A stretch of DNA of 64,000 nucleotides from NCBI GenBank assembly GCA_029941565.1, contig JAPYRN010000004.1, forward strand, positions 119,797-183,796. Direction: 5' to 3'. Numbering within the stretch: position 1 is the stretch's first letter; each line of letters opens with the position of its first letter. Positions 48,423 to 58,116 of this stretch are shown here, one piece after another. The DNA is from Candidatus Latescibacterota bacterium. GTDB lineage: Bacteria; Latescibacterota; UBA2968; UBA8231. Position numbers and translations under genes: made by a program. Under the pieces are notes generated by a model. The model saw only the letters and a list, made by a program, of their open reading frames with translations, was not told the DNA's origin and did not search any database.

Positions 48423-50355
48423 GCCCCCGACGCCATTCGTGTCGTTGGCGTTTTTCGCTGTCGCCACCACGATCGCGTTGGCGACACCCGCTGCGGGGCA
48501 GATCGGCGGTACGGTAACCGATCGGGAGTCCGGTCAGCCCCTGGCAGGCGCTCTGGTCTCCGTGCAGGCGCAACCGATTCGCACTCAAACCGATCATCAG
48601 GGAGAATTTCTGCTCGCCGTCGATGGCGACGACCTCATCATCGTCGCCGCACACAAGGGCTACTTCAATGGCCGACGAATTCTGTCCTCGCCGACTGCCG
48701 CAGCCGGCATCGAGTTAGATCGCGTGTCCGTCGGCGATGAACCCAACTATGATTTTGTCCGACCTGGCGCCTGCGGCGCCTGCCATCCAAACCAACTGAG
48801 CCAGTGGCGTAATTCCCCCATGGCCCGGACAGGCAACAACCCTTGGGTCTATGACCTCTTCAGTGGGGACGGCACGGCGGGCGGCCAGGCCGGATTCGTC
48901 TACAGGCGCGATTCCCGCCTGGTGCAGAGCGACCCGGCCTCCGAGTGTGCTTCCTGTCACCAACCGGAACAGTGGGTGCAACAACCCGGAGCCAGCCTGG
49001 ACGCTGTCGGCGCCCTGTCGGAGGGGGCACTGCACGGCGTCTCCTGTGACATCTGCCACAAGATTGCTCACATCGACGAGGGCATGACGGACTACCCTGG
49101 TATTTCCGCAGGGGTCACCTTCACGCGCCCCGAACGATTCGGCGATCAGGTGCAGTATGGCGTATTGGGCGATAGTAGCTACGACGAGTTTCGCGACGTG
49201 ATGCGAGCCTCGTACCAACCGCAGTTGACTGCCGCCATGTGCGCCGCCTGTCATCAACACCGATCCCATCCCGGTGAGCGGGATGGGATCGCCAACCAGT
49301 TCACCTACATGGAATGGCGCGACTCCCCCTACAGCGACCGCAACTCACCGTACTTTGCCACATGCGTCGACTGTCATATGCCTTCATATGGCGCCACGGA
49401 GGTCTGCGGTTTCCCCGGGTATCTGCCACCGACGCGGGACAGCGAGACGATTCGTGGCCACACCATCGAGGGCACGACACCACACTTTCTGGAGAATGCG
49501 GTCTCTCTATGGATCGATGCGCGCATCGAGCAGGATCTACTGGTGGCCGAGGTCACGGTGAGCAACGACAAGACCGGTCATCATGTTCCAGATGGCACCA
49601 TGCGTAACATGATCCTGCTCGTCGAAGCCCGACGCCTCGAGCCGGACGCCCAGCTGCAATATCAGGGGACCCAACAGGTACACGAGTTGGGAGGTGTCGG
49701 CGACCCGGCGCAGGGGTATTTCGCCGGTCTGCCCGGCAAGTTCTTCGGCCGCGTCATCCACGACGAACTGGGCGACGCTCCCGTGCCCTTCACCGAGGCG
49801 ACCGGGGTGTTGTGGGACAATCGCATTGCCGCCCTCGCCGAGGATCGCTCCAGCTACAGCTTCGTGTTGCCTGCCGGGGAGGGTTCGTACGCAGTCACCG
49901 CCCGTCTTATCTACCGCCGTGCCTTTCGTTTTCTGGTGGACGAAAAGGGCTGGACGCAGGACGGACAGGGCCGGCCCCTAGAGGATCTGCAGCCGCCCTA
50001 TTTCGGGCACTTAATGGAACAAGCGACATGGACCTCGGAGCCGGTCACGGCGGTCTCACGAACCGACGTTCTGCCACACGTTTTCCGCCTGCAGGCAAAC
50101 TATCCAAATCCATTCAATGCCGCCACGAGGATCAACTATGAGCTGCCCCGGGACGCGATGGTGATCCTGCAGGTCTTCGATGTGCTCGGCCGAGAGGTGA
50201 AGACACTTGTGCGCGGCTACCGAGCCGCCGGAGGTTGGTCGGTGGCCTGGGATGGTACCGATCAACGTGGCCATCCCGTGAGCTCGGGGCTGTTTCTGTA
50301 TCAGCTACGGGCGGGAGGGCTTGAAGAGACGCGCAAGATGTTGCTGCTGCCATAA
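48406..50355 (+). CDS. pentaheme c-type cytochrome with N-terminal carboxypeptidase-regulatory-like domain and T9SS type-A C-terminal domain
   Basis: Five CxxCH motifs (CGACH, CASCH, CDICH, CAACH, CVDCH). N-terminal GTVTDRESGQPLAGALVSV (CarbopepD_reg-like). C-terminus NYPNPFNAATRINYEL...GLFLYQLRAG. Start overlaps the beta-helix gene end by about 17 nt. Confidence 0.75.
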   Translation: MPSWNRPPTPFVSLAFFAVATTIALATPAAGQIGGTVTDRESGQPLAGALVSVQAQPIRTQTDHQGEFLLAVDGDDLIIVAAHKGYFNGRRILSSPTAAAGIELDRVSVGDEPNYDFVRPGACGACHPNQLSQWRNSPMARTGNNPWVYDLFSGDGTAGGQAGFVYRRDSRLVQSDPASECASCHQPEQWVQQPGASLDAVGALSEGALHGVSCDICHKIAHIDEGMTDYPGISAGVTFTRPERFGDQVQYGVLGDSSYDEFRDVMRASYQPQLTAAMCAACHQHRSHPGERDGIANQFTYMEWRDSPYSDRNSPYFATCVDCHMPSYGATEVCGFPGYLPPTRDSETIRGHTIEGTTPHFLENAVSLWIDARIEQDLLVAEVTVSNDKTGHHVPDGTMRNMILLVEARRLEPDAQLQYQGTQQVHELGGVGDPAQGYFAGLPGKFFGRVIHDELGDAPVPFTEATGVLWDNRIAALAEDRSSYSFVLPAGEGSYAVTARLIYRRAFRFLVDEKGWTQDGQGRPLEDLQPPYFGHLMEQATWTSEPVTAVSRTDVLPHVFRLQANYPNPFNAATRINYELPRDAMVILQVFDVLGREVKTLVRGYRAAGGWSVAWDGTDQRGHPVSSGLFLYQLRAGGLEETRKMLLLP

Positions 50356-50389
50356 CTGCGACAGGACACCAGCCCGAAAGGCCAATGGA

Positions 50390-51566
50390 ATGACCACACG
50401 AACCAGCCGTCTGTCGTTGCACGTCCTGTTCTGGGTGGGGCTGTCGTTGCCCCCCATTCATGCCAGTGACTATCAAGTCAGATTCATCCCCTTTGAGGAT
50501 CTCAAACCGGATGGGGCCAGACTCACCGTCTGCTGGGCAGGTATCGGCATCGATCACAACCAGCGTGTGTACTTCGCTGCCAGTGACGAGAACGACAGTC
50601 GACCGGATGACACCGTCATTTTTCGTTATGACACAAAGACCGAAACCCGGCAGCTGCTGGGCACCTTGCGGGGCATCAGCGAGGCGCAAAAACCTGGCCC
50701 CCCAAGAGAGCATCGGCAAGATTCACGTCTCCTTCATGGAGCATCGGGGCAAGATGTATTTTCCCTCGCACGACTACCATGATATCGAGCGCGACTACAG
50801 CGACATGTATGATCGACGAGGGGGGCACTTCTACGCTTTCGATCTCAAGAACGAGAGCTTTGAGGATCTGAGCCGGACCGACAACTTCGGTGTCTCCGTG
50901 CCATACCAGGGCATCATCGCCATGGATATCCTGCATTCGCAGAACAAGCTGGCGGGTTTCACCTTTCCCATGGGTGACATCCTCATCTACGACCTGAAGA
51001 CGCGCAGAACCACTTTCCACCCCGGGGTACCCGAGTATCGCATGCGCAACGTGGCGCGGGAGATCTGGGCAACCAAGAAGGGCAAGGTCTACTTCACCTA
51101 CGCCGAATCAGACTTCTGGCTCTGGGAGCTGGACGTCAAGACGGGTGTCATGCGTCGAACCGAACAGCGTAACGTCGTCAGCCACAGTTTTCTGCATGGC
51201 AGGTCGCTACCGCGGACGGCAAAACCGTCTGTCTGACCGACAACGATGGCCATCTGTTCGCCTTCGACAACGAGCGGGAGAGCCTACGCGATCTGGGACT
51301 GCTGTTACCGAACGACGAGATTACCGCTGGACGTGAGATCCACTTCGTCAACGGTCTCGCCCTGTCGAAAGATGAGCGCAGCCTGTACAGCCTCCCCTGC
51401 AAATTCAAGGGCGGTGGCAGCCCGGCGCTGTATGCGTACAACACCAAGACCTGAGAGAAAACGCCATCTGGCCAGCTTCCAGCAGTTGGATGGCGGTACC
51501 GTGACGGGCAATGCCGTCATCGACGATGCCGGGCGTCTCTACTATGGATACCACGAGTACAACTGA
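50390..51566 (+). pseudogene. secreted beta-propeller-like protein gene disrupted by at least three frameshifts
   Basis: Coding signal continues across four frames: 50390-~50700 (signal peptide MTTRTSRLSLHVLFWVGLSL...), ~50700-51236, ~51175-51452 (…TDNDGHLFAFDNERE…), and 51453-51566 (…DDAGRLYYGYHEYN). First switch coincides with a C6 homopolymer at 50695-50700. Confidence 0.5.
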
Positions 51567-51677
51567 TTCAGGTGAGTCCGAGCCACTGACCTCTCCGAGT
51601 GGCCGATCTGGACCCAAGTCGCGTAGTTATTCTAAACGACACTTTACTGCGTCACATATCCCGGTCTGGATCGAAAC

Positions 51678-54600
51678 GTGCAATTCATGAAAATGATGAG
51701 ATGGATCCTGTTCGTATTGCTGCTATCGACGATGAGTTCGTCGGCGCAGAACCTGCCCGACTACACCTGTGTGAGGGCCACGCAACCACTGGTAATCGAT
51801 GGCATCGCCGACGAATCCGCCTGGGCGTTGGCGGCGCCGATGGCGTTGGTGGATGTGCTTTCTATCGACGATCCCGTAGCCCACACCCGTCCCACGGAAG
51901 TGCGCATGCTCTGGGACGACGACAATCTATACGTGTTGTTTGTCGCCACCGATCCCGATGTCTGGTCAAATCTGTCCCAACGCGACGACCCGCTGTGGAA
52001 TGAAGAGGTCGTCGAGATTTTTTTCGATCCCACGGGGCAGGGCCAGAAGTATGGCGAGATCGAAGTCAACTCCCTCAACACCATCGTCGATCTGCTCGTG
52101 ACCCGAACGCCGGAACGGGCGTCGTTTTTCGAGTGGAGTCCCGACTTCGAGTCTGCCGTCTCGGTGGAGGGATCACGAAATGATCCTGCAGACGAAGACC
52201 GACGCTGGGTGATGGAAATCGCCATCCCCTGGGTAGCGTTGCGATCCGACCTGCTCGATATCGCCGGCAGTCAATCCCTGCCACCAGCCGAAGGGGACGT
52301 GTGGCGCTTTAACTTCTATCGGTATGAGCGTCTGCGCGAGGACGGCGTGGAGACCGAAATCGAGTACAGCGCCTGGTCACCGACGGGGGAGATCAACTTC
52401 CATATGCCGGAGCGTTTCGGCCGCGTCGTTTTCCGAGCGGCGCAGACGGCGGATGACCTCTATCCTGCCGGCTCGCTGGTGCCAACTTTTGATCTGGGAC
52501 TGCAACCGGTTGAGATCACCGTACCCGACAAGTTCAAGAATGATGTGGCGGAGGGTCTCACGCTCAACCTGCCCCCCGGTTTTTCAGCCAGTGTCTTCAC
52601 CGCTGGTCGTATGGTGAGACCGAGATTCATGGCTTTCAACGACGACGGTGTCATGCACCTGGCCGACATGAATCAGCGCGTCGTCATCGCCTTACCCGAT
52701 CGCGACAACGACGGTGTCGCCGATAGCCATATCATCGCCGCCGAGGACTTCCGTTACAATCACAGTCTCGCCTTTTACAAGGGGGATCTCTACGTCGCGG
52801 ATACGCACCAGGTGCTGCGCATGATCGATAGCGACGGCGATCTCGTCTACGAAGACCGTGAGGTGTTTATCGACAACATTCCGTCAGAGGCGTGGCACAC
52901 AACGCGCACCATCGTCTTCGACGAACGCAACGAAAAGATCTACATCGGCGTCGGTTCTCCCTGCGATCTGTGTCGACCGCAGTCACCGGTCGCCGGCGGC
53001 AGCAGCGATGCCGTGGAGCCCAATCCAGAGTGGACGAGCATCCTCGAATTCAACACCGACGGCACGGGGCGACGGATCTTCGCAACAGGAATTCGCAATG
53101 CCGTCGGACTGACCCTGCATCCCATCACCAACGAGCTGTGGGGGGACCACAATGGCCACGATATGGAAGGCCGGGCCAAACCAGCCGAGTGGATCGATAT
53201 CATCCGGGATGGCGACTTTCTGGGGTACCCCTTCGTCCACGGACACCAGATCTGGAATGATTTCAGCATTCCCCGTTATCAGCGCATGTTGCCCATCACC
53301 GCGGCGGACAGTCTGCTGGCGGCGCGGCAGAAACGACCGGTCGCCCAGGTGCCCGCCCATTATGCCCCCATGGGACTGCACTTCTATACGCACCAGCAGT
53401 TCCCAGAACGGTATATGAACCAAGCCTTTGTCGCCTTCCGCGCCGGTCAGGCGAAGCTCTCCTCCCATCCGGGTTACATGGTGGCCGCCCTGTTCAGCGA
53501 GCCAGATGGTTCCAATGCGCGCATGGCACCTTTCATCACCGGATTCCAGGCCGGCACAACGCAGGATGATGTCTGGGGTTTTCCCGTGGGCTTGATGACG
53601 GATGATGAGGGCAGTCTTTACGTGTCCTCCGATGCACGCAATCGCATGGTCCTCAAGATCACGCACAGCCCACTGAGTGGTTCCTGGGAGCACGATCTAC
53701 CCAAGACGGCTGACGTCGGCAGTTCTCTGGACCTGTCACTTACCGTGCATGTGGAACGCGTTGCCGAGGAGGGTGGTCCCGCCCGGGTCCGGGCGGACCT
53801 GAGCGAGCTGGGTGGACCCGCGGACGTGCTGCTGGAGCGTGTGGATGAGCAGACCTTCCGCCTTGACACCCAGCTCGAGCTCGACGTGCCGAGTGGTGTC
53901 TACCGCCTGCGGGCTTTCATCGAGCAGCCGCAAGGGGAGACCCCACTGTCGGTCCAGTTGTCGACGAGTATCGCCATTCTTCCCCGAGGGGATTTTATCC
54001 TGCTCGACGACGAGATCGCCGAGGGTTGGCAGACGATTAACAGCAGCGGTGCGCGGCCCCTCCGGCTCACCACCGGAGAGCCGGTCCGTACCGGTGCCGC
54101 CGCTGCCGCGATAGAAGTCGTGTCCACGGCTACGCCATGGGAGGCGTCGTTGCTGCCACAAGCACCCTTTGCCCCGGCGGGTCTGGCATCACTCTACTTC
54201 TCATTCCATCCCGGTGATCTCGATGCGACATTGGACGGGGATGGGCAGCTGTCGGTTGAGATCAACGGTAGCAGCGTCGATCTGGCGGAGTACATCGATC
54301 TGTCGTCGCGTCGCTGGCAGGACATTGAGATTCCCTTGTCGGCCTTCGATCTGCGCAGCGATCCGGTGGAGAAGATCCTTTTCACCGGTGATCTGTCTGG
54401 CACCTTCTATCTCGACGATGTGCGCTTCCGTCTGGCCCGGGACAGGTCGCCGATCAATGCCCTCTGGGAACACGACCTGGTCGATGCTGTCACCGAAGGC
54501 AACGGCCTCGATGTGGTCGCTATGGTGCACGTAACCCGCGCCGATCCTGGTGCTACTGTGCGGGTCATCGCCGATCTGAGTGGTCTGGGCGGGCCCGAGG

Positions 54601-55598
54601 CCTTGTTGTTGACCCAACTCGATGACGACAGCTACGGCCTCGACACCGATCTGAACCTGAGGGGGATACCGAATGGTGTGTATCGCATCTCGGTGCGTGT
54701 CGAACAGCTGACGCCGAGTGGTCGCCAGTGGATACGATTGGCGCACATCATCACCGTGTTGCCCCAGGATCTAGGAATTCTCGACGAGGGCCTGGCGGCG
54801 GGTTGGCAGCTGAACGGAGAACGTGGCGCCAATGTGCTCGGGGCGACGATGGACGGCCCCGTTTATAATGGTGAGGAGGCGCTGATGATCAGCGTCAAAC
54901 CGGAGAACTTCTTTACCAATTGGTCCGTCGAACTCAGGCCTCCGGAAACGATCGGACGCCTCGGTTTCGCCGGGTTCCGTTTCGCCTTTCATCCCGGCGA
55001 CACCAAGGCGCCGGCCGTGCCGTTAATGGTCTTGTACATCGGCGAACGATCCGTCGACTTGCTGCGCCCGGATCGCCCATTCATCAATCCGGAGCAGCGG
55101 TCGTGGCAGGTGGTGGAGGTCCCCTTCGAGGCTTTTGAGCAGCAGGCGAGTGTGTACACAGACGGTCTCGTCCTGCTGGTCGAAGATATCTCCTCGATCC
55201 GCCTGGAGGGCAACCTGAGTGGTACCGCTTATCTCGACGATGTGCGACTGGTGACGGGGATCCCGTCGGCACCACCGACGCAGACCGCGGTACTCGAGAC
55301 CGAGGATGAGGTGACGCCCAAAGAGTTCGCTCTCGGACCCAGTTATCCGAATCCGTTCAACGCCGAAACCGTGATCCGCCTCGTCGTGCCTCACGCAGGT
55401 CTGGCAAGATTGTCGGTATACAACCTGGCCGGTCAGCGAGTCGTCGATCTGTTGCATGACCAGTTGCGTGCGGGACCACACGAAGTACGCTGGGATGGTC
55501 GTGATGGCTCAGGCGGTATGCTGGCGTCGGGTGTCTACATGGTGCGCCTCTCCATCGGCCGTCTGGTAGCCTCCGAAAAGGTTCTGCTGCTGCAATAA
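51678..55598 (+). CDS. multidomain secreted PQQ-type glucose/sorbosone dehydrogenase-family protein: CBM9-like + GSDH beta-propeller + 2x CBM4_9-like modules + T9SS type-A C-terminal domain
   Basis: Signal peptide. CBM9-like N-domain (VIDGIADESAW...LWDDDNLYVLF). GSDH signatures (GIRNAVGLTLHP...ELWGDHNGHDMEG...FLGYPF). Tandem ~270-aa modules each ending GTFYLDDVRF / GTAYLDDVRLV. C-terminus YPNPFNAETVIRLV...GVYMVRLS. Confidence 0.8.
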   Translation: MQFMKMMRWILFVLLLSTMSSSAQNLPDYTCVRATQPLVIDGIADESAWALAAPMALVDVLSIDDPVAHTRPTEVRMLWDDDNLYVLFVATDPDVWSNLSQRDDPLWNEEVVEIFFDPTGQGQKYGEIEVNSLNTIVDLLVTRTPERASFFEWSPDFESAVSVEGSRNDPADEDRRWVMEIAIPWVALRSDLLDIAGSQSLPPAEGDVWRFNFYRYERLREDGVETEIEYSAWSPTGEINFHMPERFGRVVFRAAQTADDLYPAGSLVPTFDLGLQPVEITVPDKFKNDVAEGLTLNLPPGFSASVFTAGRMVRPRFMAFNDDGVMHLADMNQRVVIALPDRDNDGVADSHIIAAEDFRYNHSLAFYKGDLYVADTHQVLRMIDSDGDLVYEDREVFIDNIPSEAWHTTRTIVFDERNEKIYIGVGSPCDLCRPQSPVAGGSSDAVEPNPEWTSILEFNTDGTGRRIFATGIRNAVGLTLHPITNELWGDHNGHDMEGRAKPAEWIDIIRDGDFLGYPFVHGHQIWNDFSIPRYQRMLPITAADSLLAARQKRPVAQVPAHYAPMGLHFYTHQQFPERYMNQAFVAFRAGQAKLSSHPGYMVAALFSEPDGSNARMAPFITGFQAGTTQDDVWGFPVGLMTDDEGSLYVSSDARNRMVLKITHSPLSGSWEHDLPKTADVGSSLDLSLTVHVERVAEEGGPARVRADLSELGGPADVLLERVDEQTFRLDTQLELDVPSGVYRLRAFIEQPQGETPLSVQLSTSIAILPRGDFILLDDEIAEGWQTINSSGARPLRLTTGEPVRTGAAAAAIEVVSTATPWEASLLPQAPFAPAGLASLYFSFHPGDLDATLDGDGQLSVEINGSSVDLAEYIDLSSRRWQDIEIPLSAFDLRSDPVEKILFTGDLSGTFYLDDVRFRLARDRSPINALWEHDLVDAVTEGNGLDVVAMVHVTRADPGATVRVIADLSGLGGPEALLLTQLDDDSYGLDTDLNLRGIPNGVYRISVRVEQLTPSGRQWIRLAHIITVLPQDLGILDEGLAAGWQLNGERGANVLGATMDGPVYNGEEALMISVKPENFFTNWSVELRPPETIGRLGFAGFRFAFHPGDTKAPAVPLMVLYIGERSVDLLRPDRPFINPEQRSWQVVEVPFEAFEQQASVYTDGLVLLVEDISSIRLEGNLSGTAYLDDVRLVTGIPSAPPTQTAVLETEDEVTPKEFALGPSYPNPFNAETVIRLVVPHAGLARLSVYNLAGQRVVDLLHDQLRAGPHEVRWDGRDGSGGMLASGVYMVRLSIGRLVASEKVLLLQ

Positions 55599-55614
55599 AA
55601 GGCGCACTCGAAGG

Positions 55615-57987
55615 TCATTCCTCGACATCCGCCAGACGCACCTGGGCCCATTGCAGGACGTGGCCATTGCGCAGGGCCTTGGCGACCTCCTTGGTGATCG
55701 TTCGGTTGCCGTAGTCGAAGACACGTTGTTCAGCCGTCGGCGGCATGCGCATCTGCAGATATTCCCGTCCCTTCTGCAAGTAGTCGGATTGTTGTTCAAC
55801 CACCGCCAGATACCCCCAGTAGTCACTGAAGAAACTGCCCAGTTCCCGCCCGAACTGCCACCGACCTCGGTCGGCGTCGTCGACCTCGCTCACGGCAGCT
55901 TCGATGTATTCCAAAATCTCCGGATCCTGAGTCCAGCGGTGCAGACCGATCAGTCCGTGCGTGCAGTAGAACATCTGCAGACCATACTCGCCTGCGCCGA
56001 ATCCGGGACCGTCTCGCCGCCATCGTGGTTTGAGGTGTTTGTTCCAGCAGACCAGGGCCCAGTCGAGGTATTTGATGTCCCCCGTCAACTCGTAGGCAGT
56101 GACGAGATTGAGGATCGACCAGCCGCTTGCGCGTGGTTGCTGGTCGATGCCGGTCTGACCTGAGATCAGCCTTTCGATCAGACGTGGATAGATGCCGACG
56201 TCGCAGTTGCGCAATGCCGCCTCTCTGGCCATGGGATCGCCGGTGAGCAGGTGGTAGAAGACGAGTCCGGCGATCCAGTTGTGCGTCGGGATGGGGGAGG
56301 TATGGCCATCCTGGTTGCCACCGTGAATGTCCGCCTGGTTCATCTCGAAGGCACTCAGACCGCGATAGGAGTTGTGGTCACGATCGGACCAGCGCTGATC
56401 GACATCCATGCGGTGACGGGCCATTTCGTCACCCACATCGAAGAAGAAACGATCCCGCAGTCTGACGTAGTCGAGCATGGCGATCCAGGTCCAGTCGTAG
56501 TGCAGCGAACTGGGTCCGCGGCCACGGGCACTGTCCCAGTTGAGGTCGCCGAAGTCCATCCAGCCGAACCAGTATCCATGCCGGGGACGACGGCGGGCTT
56601 CGTGGATCGAGGCACGTGCCTGCGGGTCGAATACATTGCGCGCCCACTCGTCATGCCAGGAGAATGTCTCAGCTTCTTCGGCAAAAAGACCGAAGGCTTC
56701 GGTCGCTGCAAAGTGACGGGCACTGGCCATCGCCATCAGGGGTTGGTCGAGGGTGGCCGCACTCTGAGCCACGGACAACCCGGAGCGCAGATCCAACAGG
56801 ATTTCGTAGGACTTCTGCGTGCCCCCGGGCAGATGATAGGTGGAGGCCTGCCGCGGCCCTTCGTCACTGGCACCGCGACTGCTGCCGGTGCGGGGCCACT
56901 CGCCGAAGCGTGGCCACAACCACAAGGACAGCCGCCGATCCTGCAGCTCGATCTGTTTCTCGTAGTTCTGCCAGAAATTGCGCACCGCCACGGTGAGCGT
57001 TGTCTGGCCAGTGCGGACCCGGGTGACGCCATCGGTATGGTGGCCGGCCAGAAGCTGCTCCCCATTGCGCTCTATGGCGAAGCGCATGGACTCGTAGTCG
57101 GGATCCTCCCCGTATTGGGCAACCCGCCACACATCGTCGGCTCCCACACCACTGTCGACACCCTCGCAGAGAACGTGCGCCGTCTCGTTCTGCAAAAGCG
57201 GTTGCAGATCGAGATCGATGGCGGCGCCGTCGAAGGGGAACCATTCGTCCTGCCCCTGTGGCAGGTTGTAGCCGTAGGCACCCGTGTTGCGCAACCAGAA
57301 ACGGATCTTCACCAGGGGTTGGCCGGCGTACACCGTAATGGAGCAGATGTACTGCAGCCGATTCTCGGTGCGGGTGGAGAAGCGGCCCTCGACCCAGATC
57401 ACGGAGCGCAAGGGGCCCTGTTCTTCGATACGGATGACGTCCGGTGGTGGCGCCGCGCTGGATCCATCATTCCCATCGGCGGGGAACAGGCGGACGGTGG
57501 ATCTCTGCCCCAGGATCGATGTTTCACCCAAGGTGAGACCGGAGAGAAGGCCGAACCGTTCCCTTGAGATCGACAGCGAGATGACGCCGTTGGTGACGTC
57601 GATCTGTCCGTTCGCATCCGTGACCTGTACGGGATTCGCAGGAAGGACGCCCTCGCCGTCATCGCTGAGGGTATAAGCGGCGCGTTCATCAGCGTCGACA
57701 TCGGCCTGGAAATCGACGAGGACCCACTTGCTGCTGCCGTCAGGCCACTCGCTGAGCAGACGAAATTGTGCCGGCACAGGATCACCGGCTGCTGTGCGCA
57801 GGCGCAATCGCGCGAGATCTTTGAGGCTACCCCGGTGTATGGGAACTCCGGTGGTAACCGGCTCGGACCGACGATCCACGCCGGCGGTCTCGTCGATGTA
57901 GAGGGGTATTTCCATTGCCTGTATCGCATCTGAACAGATTGGAGAAAGGGCCAACAACAGGGCCCAAAAGATTCGATCTTTCGTCAT
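55615..57987 (-). CDS. secreted hypothetical protein, possibly an (alpha/alpha)-toroid polysaccharide-active enzyme (YetA/PcRGLX-like?)
   Basis: Signal peptide ALLLALSPICSDA. 790 aa. N-terminal beta-rich region then a helical C-terminal half. Family assignment is a guess from composition and architecture. Confidence 0.4.
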   Translation of the reverse strand: MTKDRIFWALLLALSPICSDAIQAMEIPLYIDETAGVDRRSEPVTTGVPIHRGSLKDLARLRLRTAAGDPVPAQFRLLSEWPDGSSKWVLVDFQADVDADERAAYTLSDDGEGVLPANPVQVTDANGQIDVTNGVISLSISRERFGLLSGLTLGETSILGQRSTVRLFPADGNDGSSAAPPPDVIRIEEQGPLRSVIWVEGRFSTRTENRLQYICSITVYAGQPLVKIRFWLRNTGAYGYNLPQGQDEWFPFDGAAIDLDLQPLLQNETAHVLCEGVDSGVGADDVWRVAQYGEDPDYESMRFAIERNGEQLLAGHHTDGVTRVRTGQTTLTVAVRNFWQNYEKQIELQDRRLSLWLWPRFGEWPRTGSSRGASDEGPRQASTYHLPGGTQKSYEILLDLRSGLSVAQSAATLDQPLMAMASARHFAATEAFGLFAEEAETFSWHDEWARNVFDPQARASIHEARRRPRHGYWFGWMDFGDLNWDSARGRGPSSLHYDWTWIAMLDYVRLRDRFFFDVGDEMARHRMDVDQRWSDRDHNSYRGLSAFEMNQADIHGGNQDGHTSPIPTHNWIAGLVFYHLLTGDPMAREAALRNCDVGIYPRLIERLISGQTGIDQQPRASGWSILNLVTAYELTGDIKYLDWALVCWNKHLKPRWRRDGPGFGAGEYGLQMFYCTHGLIGLHRWTQDPEILEYIEAAVSEVDDADRGRWQFGRELGSFFSDYWGYLAVVEQQSDYLQKGREYLQMRMPPTAEQRVFDYGNRTITKEVAKALRNGHVLQWAQVRLADVEE

Positions 57988-58116
57988 ATCACCTCACTCC
58001 CATTCCCGTCTTGACCAATCACCCACAAGCCTGCTTACTGTTGTAACGTGCCTGAATCTGTGGGCAACGCAACTGAACGGAAGCCACAGACCACGTCAGC
58101 AACCACAAGGAGCGTG

